Made by a program: the position numbers and the translations under genes
Assembly (NCBI GenBank): GCA_964016885.1
Contig: OZ024742.1
Span: 128,960,001-129,024,000, forward strand
DNA length: 64,000 bases
Origin: Eledone cirrhosa
Taxonomy: Eukaryota
Direction: 5' to 3'
The notes under the pieces: generated by a model
The model's input: only the letters and a program-made list of their open reading frames with translations
What the model was told of the DNA's origin: nothing
Databases searched by the model: none
Shown here: positions 51,226-64,000 of the stretch, piece after piece
Numbering within the stretch: the stretch's first letter is position 1
Layout: each line of letters opens with the position of its first letter

Positions 51226-52477
51226 CTAGCAGTGTATCTCGGCATTGCATGGGTAAGAACATTGGTAATAGCACCTCCAATGAGAAACATTTATTTGTGA
51301 GTGCCTGTTAAAAACTCACGAAAATATACCGACAGGAAACTTGTTTTATTTGGAGAAAATTAAGAAGTTGAAAGTACAGTTTAGCTGTCTACGTGCATTG
51401 TTCATAGAAATATTGTTGAGCCCCTTCTTTTCATACTCCTTCTGAGACAGTTGTCCCCTGGCGTTTCCACTCTGTTTTGGCCTATTGGAGTAAATGTGAA
51501 AGAGAAAGTCACAGGTTAAGTTGGCAGAAGATTCCAGTGTCATAGCAGAAAGGTGTAGGCTACTTACTTCAAAAGTTCATTCGCACTCTTTCCACTAAGT
51601 GATTGTCTCAGGATTGTTAGCAAAAAAATTAGTAAATGACACTTACTGATTGAAAAATAAGCCGACCGTCGGAAAGGTATTCTCAAGTGTAATTGTTAAC
51701 CTGGGCTGGCTTGCCTCGCTTTTGTACCAAGATAGATAGAAATAACCGTTTAACACCAGCAAAAAAATATTAAAGCAACTGGGAATGTCGGCTTAAAGTT
51801 TTAGTGAAAAAAAACGCTGAACCATTGACTGGCCTTATCGGCAGTAACAATGACGATAAGCCATCTGTGCTTTCATAAAATAAATAAGTTTGTTTATATT
51901 TTGTTTTTGTGTATGCAAAAGTATCTGTACACGAATATATAATTATATATATATATATATAAAAATAACAGATTAAAGTTTAAGCAAAGAATCGCTGCTT
52001 TCACCCTTAACGGGATCTTCTGAAACTAAAAAAATCAATCTGTGAACGCAGAAGTAAATATTTCGAAAAACGTTGCAACCGAAGGAAAACAGGAAGACGA
52101 TACTTTGGTTTGTGAAGACATTCCCTGGCAATGAACGGAAAATAGCGAAGATAATACGTCAGCAATGAGAACAATGTTTGTCATAATGTCGTAATGCAGA
52201 CAGCCAGACATACAGACAGATATTATAAGAGTGCAATGTTATAGCTATGTATCTATCTAAAAAGACAGACTAAGAAAGAGAGAGAGATCGCTAACCGGCA
52301 CCTAACACCCCTTTAACAACAGAAAATTGAAAAATAAAAGCTGCGGTTAATATCTTTAGACCGTAAGGAATATATAAATGCAAGTTTGAAGTCAATCGGA
52401 GTAGAAATGTGGATTTGTATATACTTTGCAAAAATTAGGACACACACACAGACAATTTCAGTTTTATATATATATGT
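51226..52477 (-). mobile_element. Non-autonomous Helitron sharing its 5' ~630 bp with 16840-18265
   Basis: 51836-52475 is a close direct repeat of 17645-18265; degenerate hairpin plus CTAG at 51226. Confidence 0.8.
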
Positions 52478-54084
52478 ATAGATAGCTTGCAGTACTGAGT
52501 GTTGTAGGATCACAGAAAACAGTGACATACATTCACCAATTATAATGGTCTTTGATTTAGGTTCATGACCAACAATTTTGGAGGAGAGGAAAGTCAATAA
52601 AATTGACCCCAGGGTGTTACTGGTACTTTATTTTATCGACCCTATAAAAATGAAAAGCAAAGTTAATCTCGGCAGAATTTGAAATCAGAATGTAAAGGGA
52701 TGTAACTATATGAGATAAATCATGTTGTCTGATACTCTACTAATACTACCAGTCTACCACCCTACCTTCACCTATTATAATGCAACATGCTACCTACAGT
52801 AGTTAAGATTTTAACATAACCTCTCCACATTTATTTATTCAGTACAACTGCTTCAATGTGGTAAATTGGCAGAGTTATCAGAACCTTGGATAGTATGCTT
52901 TGTGGCATTCATTCTGGCTCTCTATACTCTGAATTCAACTTCACCTTTTATTCTTTTTAGGTTGAAGAAAAGTACCAGTTTAGTTCTCAGGGAGATTTAG
53001 CATGACAAGGTTGGCCCCTTAAATTTTAGGTGCAACTCACTTTTGCCATGCTCAAAAAAACAATGCACTGCCCGGTCCAGGAATCAAACCCACGCCCTTG
53101 AGATCATGAGCTAAACACCTAACCACCAAACCACATACTTTAACATAGTCCTGTAATTCATTGTTGAATATCTACAGTAGAATTCATAGACAGCTTTTTA
53201 GTCTCGGCTAGTGTACAATCAATGTGTTTCAACCCTAAACCGTATCCCAATTCAAACTAACGATAATTTGGTTGTTGTCTTTGTAAATGTTATTACACTT
53301 TCAAAGTGTATGGAATTCCAGCATAGAGGGGACCATAGAAAACGAGTAATTTACAATGGTTTTAAAGGTCATATACAATAACAAAATCTAACCAAACCTA
53401 TAAATTAGCTACCATTAAAATTTTTTAATGTACTATTACTTCTCGTAGACGTGTGAAACAATAATAATAATGAAAACTACTGATTTTATCTCTGCTTGGG
53501 AACCTCTTTCAGCTTTAGTATTTCTTACTTTAAAATTATTTTACTTAAAGGTTCGTATTGTGTATCTTGTTGTATGTGTGTATTAAACTGAAATAAAAGT
53601 GTAAAAAGTGGGATAGTTTTGTTGAGAAATGAAACAGTTAAATAAGATGCAAAAGTGAATGAGAGCCGAAATTGGTTGAAAAAGAGCTTACACATATTTA
53701 GTAGTGCTCATCATTTATCAATTTAGTAGTGTGCAGAATAAACCATAAATAAAAAGAAATTAGTTTGACCAAAACTTGAAAGCCAGCTCACCAAGAACTG
53801 GCCGCCCTTCCACATTCCACTCGCCATCATAATACTACTGTGGCATTAGGTAATACATTTTTAGAGTTAGCAGTACTGATGATAAATATTTTACTGATTC
53901 GCGACAGAAATTGTACTGAGTCCCCCCCTCTCCAATATGTTTCTTATGTCATCACATCTTACATCCAATGATAATAACGATAATTTTTTACCTTAATCCC
54001 CTAAAACAATTAATATGATGTTGATAACCTGAAAATTTGTATTGCTTTTCGTAATCTGTTTCGTGAGCTTATTATTACTTAAAG

Positions 54085-54460
54085 GGCGGTGAATTGGCAG
54101 TATCGGTAGAGGGTCGGACATGCTTTCCAGCATAGTTCCGTCCCTTTACGATCTGAGTTCAAATCCCGCCGAGGTTAACTTTGCCTTTCATCCTTACGGG
54201 GTCGATAAAATAAAATACCAGTAATGTACTGGGAAAATTGCTGGCGTTGTGCCAAAAGTAGAAACAATTATTACTTAAATCATGGCAGTATCGATAGTTT
54301 CGGACGCCATGCCTTGCAGCATAGAGTTACACCCCTTTGCGGTCTGAGTTCAAATCCTGCCGAGGTTAACTTTATTTTATCGACCTCGTAAGGATGAAAG
54401 GCAAAGTACTAGTAATGCACTGGGATAATTGCTGGCCTTGTGCCAAAAAGTAGAAACAAT
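54085..54460 (+). mobile_element. Tandem pair of SINE family A copies
   Basis: Consensus match; attacttaaa repeated before, between and after the copies. Confidence 0.88.
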
Positions 54461-54520
54461 TACTTAAATCATTGTCAAAGAACATTTATAAATCAGAGTT
54501 ATCTTTCTTGTCTTTTGCAG

Positions 54521-54772
54521 GTTCGGCAAGTACGCCTACAGTTGTTTCCCCTGATGGAAAGTTTTGATAAAAATAGCATAGGTAGTCTGCCCCGTTCGCA
54601 GTTTCGTCGAGCTCTCATGGAATTAGAGTTGGGCAGTTATTTCACCGAGCGAGATTTGGAAATCATATACAAAAAATTCCATTTACAAGTGGGTGCCAGA
54701 GATGATGTATACTATATCGGATTTTGCGACTTCGTTTATGAGTTGGCCAAATTTGTTTACAGGACTCCGTAG
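54521..54772 (+). CDS. Multi-EF-hand host protein terminal exon (VRQVRLQLFPLMESFDKNSIGSLPRSQFRRAL...YRTP*)
   Basis: tcttttgcag acceptor, EF-hand pair, TAG stop, AATAAA signals shortly downstream. Confidence 0.88.
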   Translation, partial: VRQVRLQLFPLMESFDKNSIGSLPRSQFRRALMELELGSYFTERDLEIIYKKFHLQVGARDDVYYIGFCDFVYELAKFVYRTP

Positions 54773-54812
54773 AGAAACTCTTGTAACCGACAAGGGATCA
54801 CACAGGTTTCAA

Positions 54813-54836
54813 AATAAAATACATTCCATCAATAAA
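54813..54836 (+). terminator. Two AATAAA polyadenylation signals of the EF-hand gene
   Basis: AATAAA at 54813 and 54831, 40-60 nt after the stop codon. Confidence 0.5.
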
Positions 54837-55559
54837 TCGAACGGATTGTCATTGATTGTAATTCATTAGATGAAAGTAGCGAGTAATGAAACATAAGAGA
54901 TACGATTCCAACAAACAAAATTTGTGAACCAGGTTCAATTTCTATGGTTGTTGTTATATTACTTAGTCTGCGAAAATTGTATGAAGGTCAGATATGAGTT
55001 TATTTCAGTAAAGGTTCATAGAGAGAGACCTTTGAACTGGAAATATCTATCAATCGACTTTATTTATCATATTAGTGCATGCGATGTGTTTATCAGCGTT
55101 TCTGGGCATTTATTTTAACCATGTGGAGCCCATCTCTCTAGGTCTCAACACAGCAGATTTCTCCCAGAGAAAGAAATATGGAGGAATAATAGACCCCAGT
55201 ACTGGACTGATACATGGACGTTAAACGATGATTTCTGTATGTGAGAGAGAGAGAGAGAGAGAGAGAGAATGGAATCATAAGAAAAATTCTGACATAATTC
55301 CCAGGCAATATTAGCATGATAGGAATTTACACGATTTGTCTGCCTAATTTCACTCACAATTACCCAAGATGTGATATGGTGGGATCAAACATGGAATCTC
55401 ATGACTGAAAAGTGAACATTGCAACTTAGTCATACCTGTATCTACATGTATATATTTACAGGTCAGGCTTCTACCTGCTAATAGTGCCTACTTTATGGTT
55501 CAGTGGTCAGTGACTAAACTGGCTCCCTCACCTGTCATTGGTCTGCTGAGGAGAGTAAG

Positions 55560-55800
55560 TAGAACCCCAGCAGCACAAAAAACAAGAACTGTTAAAAGGG
55601 TGAACAAACTCCCCAGACTCAACAGACATCCACCCCAATTATGGGTTAAATAGCCTCACCAACCTGCAATTTGTCAAGTGTGGTGAGTACAACTACATCC
55701 CTGAAGACATGACCAAAACCAAACAGAAAGCGGTGGAGGTCAACCAGGAAGGGGTTCCTCCAACAAGAGTAGAAGGCTCTGGATTGGATTGGATTGGACT
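55560..55800 (+). mobile_element. RTE 3' end fragment with (GGATT)n tail
   Basis: Similar to 47200-47280 (ggtcaaccaggaagg..cctccaa). Confidence 0.55.
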
Positions 55801-57549
55801 GAAAAGTGAAATGGGTTATTTGAGACTTATGTAAACTAAACAAAACTGTGATAAGATATAAACCAAATTACCTTTCCTCTATATATCTCCAACTATATCA
55901 CCTTAGCAACTCTTGATCCTGCACCAGAACATATCCCAATAATGTCCATCAATAAAACTCGGGATAGAGAAACAATATTGAGGATGAAGCCTGCTAACCC
56001 TTTCAGTTTGAACAATGACCTCTTAATTTAGTCATTTGCTGCCCTCAAAATATAGGTATAATTCACTGTTCTATATAACAGTGGATACTGTGGAACTGAT
56101 GTTTGATTAGCTTGAAAACAAGGGTTTAAATACTTTCATTGAGAAAATTCTACAAGAGATAGACACATTTATCCAAGGGAGAACCCTACAGCAACAAAGT
56201 CATCGTCCAATAATGAGAGGGGATAAAAAGAATGTTTTCATATTAATTTCTTTCTCTGTGAAAACATTAGCAGTTTGAATTAAGTGAAGTGGATTCAACA
56301 AGAACTGAATTCACATAGCAGTCTTTGATTGCTGGACACTTTCATAATATAAATATTGTCCAATCCATAGAAACATGGAAAAAACAGATGTAAAATAATG
56401 AGGATCATGGTAGAAGTGAAGGGCAAATAATGGTGAAGTACTGCTAAAAATCAGACACACTCCTTTCTATGTTTCATATAACATTTCAGTGTTGTCTCTA
56501 CTTTTCTTGGCCAGAATTAATCATTAGCAATTTTGTTATTATTAACTACAATTTTTACCCTTTCATTCACTGTCTATGATTTTCAGATCATTTTGAGAAT
56601 AATCGAGAAAATGGGAGGACTTTGTAATGTAACTAATTTTTTTCCATTATTAAGCTGTTGATGGGAACATAACAATTACATAAACTTATGATCGAAAGTT
56701 TTCAGACATTATAAACACTGAAAAATAAGTTTTGTATAATAGAACCAGGAGTGGTATCAAAAGGGTTAAGTAATTTTGGGCGTTTACTACATTAAGTATG
56801 TTAGCATCCACTTCATTAATGTTAATCTGATGTAACTAAATACTATCAGACAAGACTGTGAAGTAAAACATTATGGAATATATTAAGTGAAATATTTCAA
56901 AATAAAAGAGAAGTTAGATGGTCATATGGAAGAATATTCTAGTTTCTTTGAATCTAACAGGGCGAGCTAAGTCACTATATTATTTTCTGGAAAAACAATT
57001 ATAGATACATCGTTAGTTAAGTAAATGGACAGCTACTGATTTCAACAATGGGTATTCCAGTTGTTCAATGGAATGATCTACTGTTAAAATAATGGATAAG
57101 TGGCTGAGTATTCTACAAACACATGTACTATTAAGATAACTCACTGGGAGATTTTGTGATACAGTGCGTAATGTGTGACAAGGCTGGCTCTTTGAATGAA
57201 TTACAGGTACAATGTAGTTGATGGGCTTTCAAACAGTTTCTGTCTACCCAATTTCACTCACAAGGCTTGGGTCTACTCAAATCTTTTATATAAAGGTTAG
57301 AAGTAACAATAGTATCAGAAACATAATTTAAAAAATCTAACCAGTGGGAAATATAGTGATATGTACTAGTATGCTTGGATAAGTAGAGACTAACACATGC
57401 GCGCACACATATATTTATAATGAAGGAAGTGTGTTAAGGAACCAGGTGGACCATAACGCACCAGAGTACTCGATACTTAGGGTAGTAGAATGGGTAATAG
57501 GAAAAGAGTCAGGACCCCTGACTCTTTTCCTATATATATATATATATAA

Positions 57550-57686
57550 TATAATTGTTTCTACTTTAGGCACAAGGCCAGCAATTATCCAGTACATTAC
57601 TGGTACTTTATTTTATCAACCCTGTAAGGATGAAAGGCAAAGTTAACCTCGGCGGGATTTGAATTCAGACTGTAAAGGGACGTAAA
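57550..57686 (-). mobile_element. Partial SINE family A
   Basis: Consensus match. Confidence 0.85.
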
Positions 57687-59683
57687 TATATAATATAATA
57701 TAATATAATATATATAGCACAATATGAAATATGACAATTTTGATCACAGCATTTCACAAGTCAACCAACTGATCTTCCTACACCATAAACGCTCCTATCA
57801 GCACTTTTTCAAGAGATGGTGAAATGAACAGACCTGCTTTTCTTGAAGAAACTTTGTTTGTTTCTTCCCCGGGTCACTCTCCTCTATCTTCATATTTCTT
57901 CTTTAATTTCTCATTCTATCTTCTGATGAAGTACTAGCGTCCAAAATGTTAAAACCTTTCCTACTTTATTAAGCATGAAACTAATATATATCTTCATTGT
58001 ATGTGTTTTTTCCGTTTACTTTTCATATATATATTAAGGCTTTATATACAAAACCTAAAATCTAAATTCATATTTAAAAAGTGTTCCATTTATTTTAGAC
58101 TCACACATATTTTGGAATAAAAATTCCAATAAATTTAATACAGGAACAAGAAACTAAATTTGGATTCTTCCTTCTGAATGTCAGTTCATTTAGAGTGGAG
58201 ATCTTAATAGTCAATAGCTCTGGTTCTTCAATGTTTTAATACTCTGTCCTTGCCTACTGAAAAATAAATATAAAGTTCAGCTTGATGGCATCTATTAATG
58301 TACAGGCATAATTACATCTTCAAGAAGGTGCTTCACATTCATTCATCTTCAGTGAACATAGCCTTGTCCAGGAGGTGCTGATGTCATCAGATAGTGTCCA
58401 AAGTTTATTGGGTGTTTCAACCCTCAACCATAATCCCCTCTTGTTGGTGAGTCAGCAGTGTTGGCCAAATTACTACCCATCTTACCTCATGGCTTCTAGC
58501 TTCTCTCCTCTCTTCTGCTCCAATGCCAACAAGAGGTCATTTCTGCTGTCTCCTCCATCTTGGAAACTACAGCCTTTGATGCACTCTCTCACAGGGTGGG
58601 TTTGACTCTTCTGGGTGGCATCAAGTAGGTTTCCCCTAAGGATTTGTGGGCACACAGGTACTGAAAGATTTCAAATCCTAAACTCTTGCCTTCAGTACCA
58701 TGACAACGTAAATAATAATAATTTATGCGCTGAAATCCAGACCATAGAAAATACATTAGCACCTGGTGATGAGAAGGGCATCAAGCTATAGCAACCATGC
58801 CAAAAAAAGGGTTGAGAAAACTTTTCAGTTGTGGCAAGGGCACACAAACCTTACTAGTATTGGTGACACAATAAAACACACCCAGTACATTCTGTAAAGT
58901 GGTTGGTGATAGAAAAGGCATCCAACCATAGAAAACTTGCCAAACAAAATGAGCCTGTTCTTTCAATAATTGACCAAACTGTTATTACCTCCTCTTTCCC
59001 ATTATCATGCAATCAAGTAACACCTAAAATGTGTGAAGGCATGTAGCTTAGTGGTTAAGGTGTTTGGCTCATGATAGTAAGGTCAGGAGCTCAATTGTTG
59101 GTGGTACATTGTATCCTTGAGCAAGACACTTTATTTCCCACTACTCCAGTCCACTCAGTTGGCACAACTGAGTTGTACATGCAAGTCAAAAGCCAGCATT
59201 GTTTCTTATACACTGTGTTACGTTGAATCCCTGAGAACTATGCCAAAAGTGTATATATCTGTGGAATGTTCAGCCACTTGCATGTAAATTTCATGAGCTA
59301 ATTGTTCCATTGAACAACTGGAACACTCGTCATTGGAACTGACAGAGGGCCAACATTCATTCATCCAAAATACAATGATTTTTTTGTCTCTCTTTTTATT
59401 ATTGCATTGAATTAACCACATCCCTACTTATTTTATACAGAAGAAAGTATAATTGGTTTGGTGCAGGGGATAACAAATTATACATAAAAACAGCCTAAAC
59501 ATTAATACATAGAGATTTGTTTTGAAAGATCTAATAATATTCACATGGAGTAAATAAAAGATTATGGTTTTTATTTAAAACAAAAGTATATTTAATTAAT
59601 ATGGCCATAGTCACTCAACAAAGCAGTCATTGTTGATTAAAAAAAAAAATCAAATTTAAAAAAAAAAACAATGGCAAAATTAT

Positions 59684-59777
59684 AATGATGATTATGATGA
59701 GGATGATGATGATGATGATGATAATGATGATGATGATGATTATGATGATGATGATGATGATGATGATGAATATGATG
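59684..59777. repeat. (GAT)n microsatellite
   Basis: Directly visible. Confidence 0.95.
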
Positions 59778-59891
59778 AACACATTTCTGAATATTTTGAC
59801 ACTTTGGCAATATTGATTAGTAATCTATCACTAAAGGACTAAAATAGTGATGGTGGAAAGTTTGAAGCCCTTCGATTTAGGGTCATGGCTC

Positions 59892-59944
59892 TCAGAAGAT
59901 ATGTCCATCATATCCACAACAAGGAAGTATGGCTAAAATTTCAA
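59892..59944 (-). CDS. Possible terminal coding exon of a - strand gene (..EILAILPCCGYDGHIF*)
   Basis: On the - strand a long T-rich tract ending ttaacag precedes a 53-nt phase-1 frame to TGA, then an (ATC)n tract and AATAAA at ~59570. No upstream exon was found in the window. Confidence 0.4.
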
Positions 59945-60102
59945 CTGTTAAAAATAAAAAAAAGTAAAAGAAATAATAATAATATAATATCATGCTTTTT
60001 CTTGATCTTTTCAAAACATTGAGTTAAATGTTGATCATTTAGCAAGAAGATTAATAACGAATTAGGTTATAACAGATCAGTTGAATGCATTTCATAGAGG
60101 AT

Positions 60103-60323
60103 TATATATATATATATATATATGCACAAATTATATATATAAATATACATACACATAAATATACATATAAATATATATGCACAAATTATATATATAAATA
60201 TACATACACATAAATATACATATAAATATATATGCACACATTATATATATAAATATACATACACATATATGTATACATATATATATATATATAAAGATAT
60301 GCATACATTATATATATATATAA

Positions 60324-60364
<41 letters not shown>

Positions 60365-60421
60365 TATGCATAAATTATATATATATATATACACACATAC
60401 ATTATATATATATATATATAT
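60103..60421. repeat. (TA)/(CA) compound microsatellite
   Basis: Directly visible. Confidence 0.93.
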
Positions 60422-62787
60422 TTGTTTAGTTTCTGAAATGAAAAATAAAAAAATAATAGACATATTTAGATATAAAAAGAATTTCTTTTAAAGACGTTTT
60501 ATACAAGACAAGACAAGCGGATTAAATACACAAATTTTTATAAAACCGAACCAGCAGAAGGCAGGGATGTGTTTGTTGTATTTTTAAGTCAGTGTTCAGC
60601 CTTTATTTTTTTTTTTTCCAACTGCAGCTGTAACTGTTAGAAATACACAGAGTTAATAATAGACAACTACCCAAATGTTGGTGGTTTCGGTATTGTTATT
60701 TAACATTTTTTTTCTTTCTTTTTTACCTTGTGTCGATTCTGCTTTAATATATTTAATTATTTAGAGGCAATGCTACCTTTATTTCACTATCACAACCCAC
60801 CTATCATTCAAAGGGATTTGAATTAGTAAAATCTGCTTTCTGCAGCTAATGTTTAGCTGCACGATAATTTTAGTTTTTGTTGTATTTTTTTTTTTTTTTT
60901 TTTTTCCTGTTGATCTTCTCAAATTGACCCACCTTCTGTGCAATCTTTTTCAGAGATTTCAGTAACATTCAGTTTTCCAGCATTAATTATGGACAAAATT
61001 TGTATTATTTCCAACCATCAACCCAACAGTGAATAAAAATTAAACACAAGAGAGAGAGAAAAAAATGGAAAAAGAAAAGTGTTCTCTTAGAATAAAATAT
61101 GTTAGCTTTTAATACCTCCACCTGTATGGCTAAAAGGATTAAGCAGTAACTAATTTGCAAGCATTAGTACCCCTTCGTTTTTTTTCCATCTTCCATTCTT
61201 TGTAGAAAGCTTATAAGGTAAAAAGTAAAGGGCTGTTCACTCTTGATGGAGTCAGAGAGAAGCTGTCTTGGGCATTGTAAAACTCGATGGAGCCCATCTA
61301 TCTCCAAAATGGAACACAACCGATTTCTTCCAGAAAGAGAGAGAGAGATAAAGAAAGACAGAGGAAGAATCGACCCAGTAACTTTATTTATCTACCTTGA
61401 AAGGATGAAAGGCAAAGTTGACCATAGCAGGATTTGAACTGACTGCAGTGAACCAGAACAAATACCAAGGCATTTAAAAAAAAAAATTAACACTCTAGCA
61501 GCTGTGTCAAATTGCCATCTTAGCAAGCTTATACAGCAATGTAAATAAATGAAACCTAGTTTATGAAATTATTACATGATCTGAAATGCAGACCCTGAAA
61601 TTAATAATAAAACAAATCTCAGGGCAATATTTAGGAAAGGAAAATTATCAATGTTTCTCATTTTATAGGATGCACATTAAAAAATATTTTTTTTCTTTTT
61701 TACTTTTCATCCCCCACCAATTTTATTTCTTATTAAATTCATTAAATCCTAAATAGTATTTAATCCAATAAAAAAAAAAAGAAGAAATGTATCAAGTGGA
61801 CAAAGTGTGCACATCAAAAGTAGCAAATACAAACTTTACACTGATTATACACAAAATTTGGTTTCGGAATAAGTCCATGAACTTCAAAAAGTTTCTTTAG
61901 AAATAAATAAAGGAATAAATACTATAAAAAAAGTCTTCAAGTAGTTTTTAGAACAAATTGAATCAACAGTTGCTTTGGCAATTTTAGGATGGAATTAGAT
62001 TTTCTTTTAATATCGGATCTGATAAATGAAGAAATATATTTTTAGGGAGAAATGGAATTTTTTATTTATTCTAGCATAGATGTATGAAAATATATGTTCC
62101 ACCTATTATGACATTATAAGAGAAGAAAATAATAGATTTTATATACTGAATAGAAATATAGCATTCATAAATACATTGGAGCATTGATATAGGCCAATCA
62201 AATTAACCCTTTGTTACAACATGTGGCAAAAATGTAGCACTTGTAAGTCCTCATTAACATGGTTACTGAAATTAGAGTCGGAGTCTCTAGGGCAGTTTGA
62301 TACTGAATTTGAAATTTGGAAAATATAGTCTCTGCCTATTTTTTCTATCTGCAGGGGTACTTTACCTGATTTGTTCAACTATCATTTATAGTTGTCTGCA
62401 TTGCAGGGACTATATTTTCAAATTTCAAATTTCCCAATGCTTTGTAAGTCTTGTTTGTTTGTTTACACTGAATTTGAAATTTGGTTAAAAATCAAAATAT
62501 AATAAGATGCAGAGAAAGCATGCTCTTAAAGTCTGTGTGGACAATCAACATGCTATTCATGCTAGCTTCTTTAGCTGAATTAAAAATTCACATTCACTGA
62601 AGTGCATTCTACAACTCAACATAAATTTAATCCCAAAGATTTTAAATTAGTGATGGAGTCACAGAGACAAACTAAATAGTGACAAAATATCACAAGATAT
62701 GTCTTATAACCATATATAGATATATATATTCTCACATTAAGAAATCCACACAGCATGAGTATTTTGGGAGTGGGGGTGTGGGCGGGT

Positions 62788-62829
<42 letters not shown>
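62788..62829. repeat. (TG)n microsatellite
   Basis: Directly visible. Confidence 0.95.
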
Positions 62830-62832
<3 letters not shown>

Positions 62833-64000
62833 AATCTACATAACCTAGGTAAAAGCTACAAAGTTTTAATGAAGAATTTATAAATTCATTATTCCTCAAA
62901 GTAAGAACTGGGTGGAATAATAAGAAGACTCATAACTTTGGAGTAACGTTACTCGAGTGTGTAGCTCGCTGATCAGGGAGAGCCACTATTTATGCAAATT
63001 GAGAGATCACAGTTTCAATACTATGAACATGTGGTCAGAATGTCTAAGGAAAGAATTACTGGACAGATTTTACAAGCAAAATCAACAGGCAGGAGACCCA
63101 GAGCAAGATAGATAGCATCCATTAGGTTGGTTGGTCTCACATGGGACTCCAGCAAGATCAATTGGAGATGGTTGCTTCTGACAGGACCACTGGAAGGCAT
63201 GTTTGATGACTCTTCCCCCACAATCCTCCCAAGAATAAGTGGACAAAGAAGAAAACGAAGACCCTCTTGAAGCCCAAAACAAACTCTGAGAAATCTCAAC
63301 AAAGAGACTGCTAAGTTAGTCTGGTTTACAGCTAAAGAATATCTGACAGCATATCTTGAGAGTAATGATAGCCTTAAGAATTACCATATCTCTACACCTG
63401 TAATGACATTTTACTAGTCACTGACTTCTGCCACTGAGTGAACTGTGTTCATTTAAAGGAAATGAATTAATGAGTCTAGTTGTGTGGTACATAAATACTC
63501 ATTATACATTTATGTCAGATGTAAGGTCCTACTAGAGTATATCATTAATGAAAATTCAAGAATTCATTATAGCTACTCTTTGAAGAATCTGAACTTAATA
63601 TATTTAACACCAAGTCTCTCTCCTTTTCTCTCTCTCTCTCTTTCTCTGGGTGTTAGAAACTGACATTAAAGAGTCACAAAATTTAAGTCTTTCATCTAGT
63701 GAAGGTTAAAAATCTCTTGATCAAATATTTAAATAAAATCAATTGGATAAAATAGTTATTTTCAGGAAATAAAATCAATGTATTAAGAATATAGTTGCAA
63801 AATTTAATAGCTCAATAATATCAAAATAAAGTACAAATCATATATATATAGACAGCAGCTCATATATCAGTTAACTTCATAGAACCTTTTAGCTTCTGTC
63901 AACAAGTAAAACAGTAATTCTCAGTTGACAAATTCAAATCCACACAAAAAAAATTACCCTGATGGAAGAAAAAAAAAAAAAAAAAAAAAAAATACAATTG

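Overview
AT-rich, repeat-dense animal genomic DNA. The repeat repertoire (RTE LINEs with (GAT)n tails, two tRNA-derived SINE families, long (TA)n/(TG)n tracts) resembles octopus/coleoid cephalopod DNA; this is inference. A + strand host gene contributes eight phase-compatible coding exons (6954-7116, 9050-9186, 34558-34768, 37087-37291, 41337-41616, 48398-48546, 50271-50475, 54521-54772). They splice to 533 aa plus stop, the C-terminal part of a repetitive multi-EF-hand protein whose 5' end lies outside the window. Its introns hold a Tx1/L1-type LINE, a full-length CsRn1-like Gypsy element with non-canonical LTR ends, Helitrons, mariner/Tc1 and hAT relics, piggyBac-type MITEs, RTE LINEs with a PHD-type finger inside the RT region, and Penelope-like remnants with hammerhead-ribozyme motifs. 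The most unusual structures are a ~49-copy 39-bp minisatellite grown from an RTE reverse-transcriptase motif, a cluster of hammerhead motifs, and three back-to-back foldback hairpins upstream of an exon. A possible terminal exon of a - strand gene lies near 59.9 kb. All calls come from manual reading, and element boundaries are approximate unless termini are quoted.
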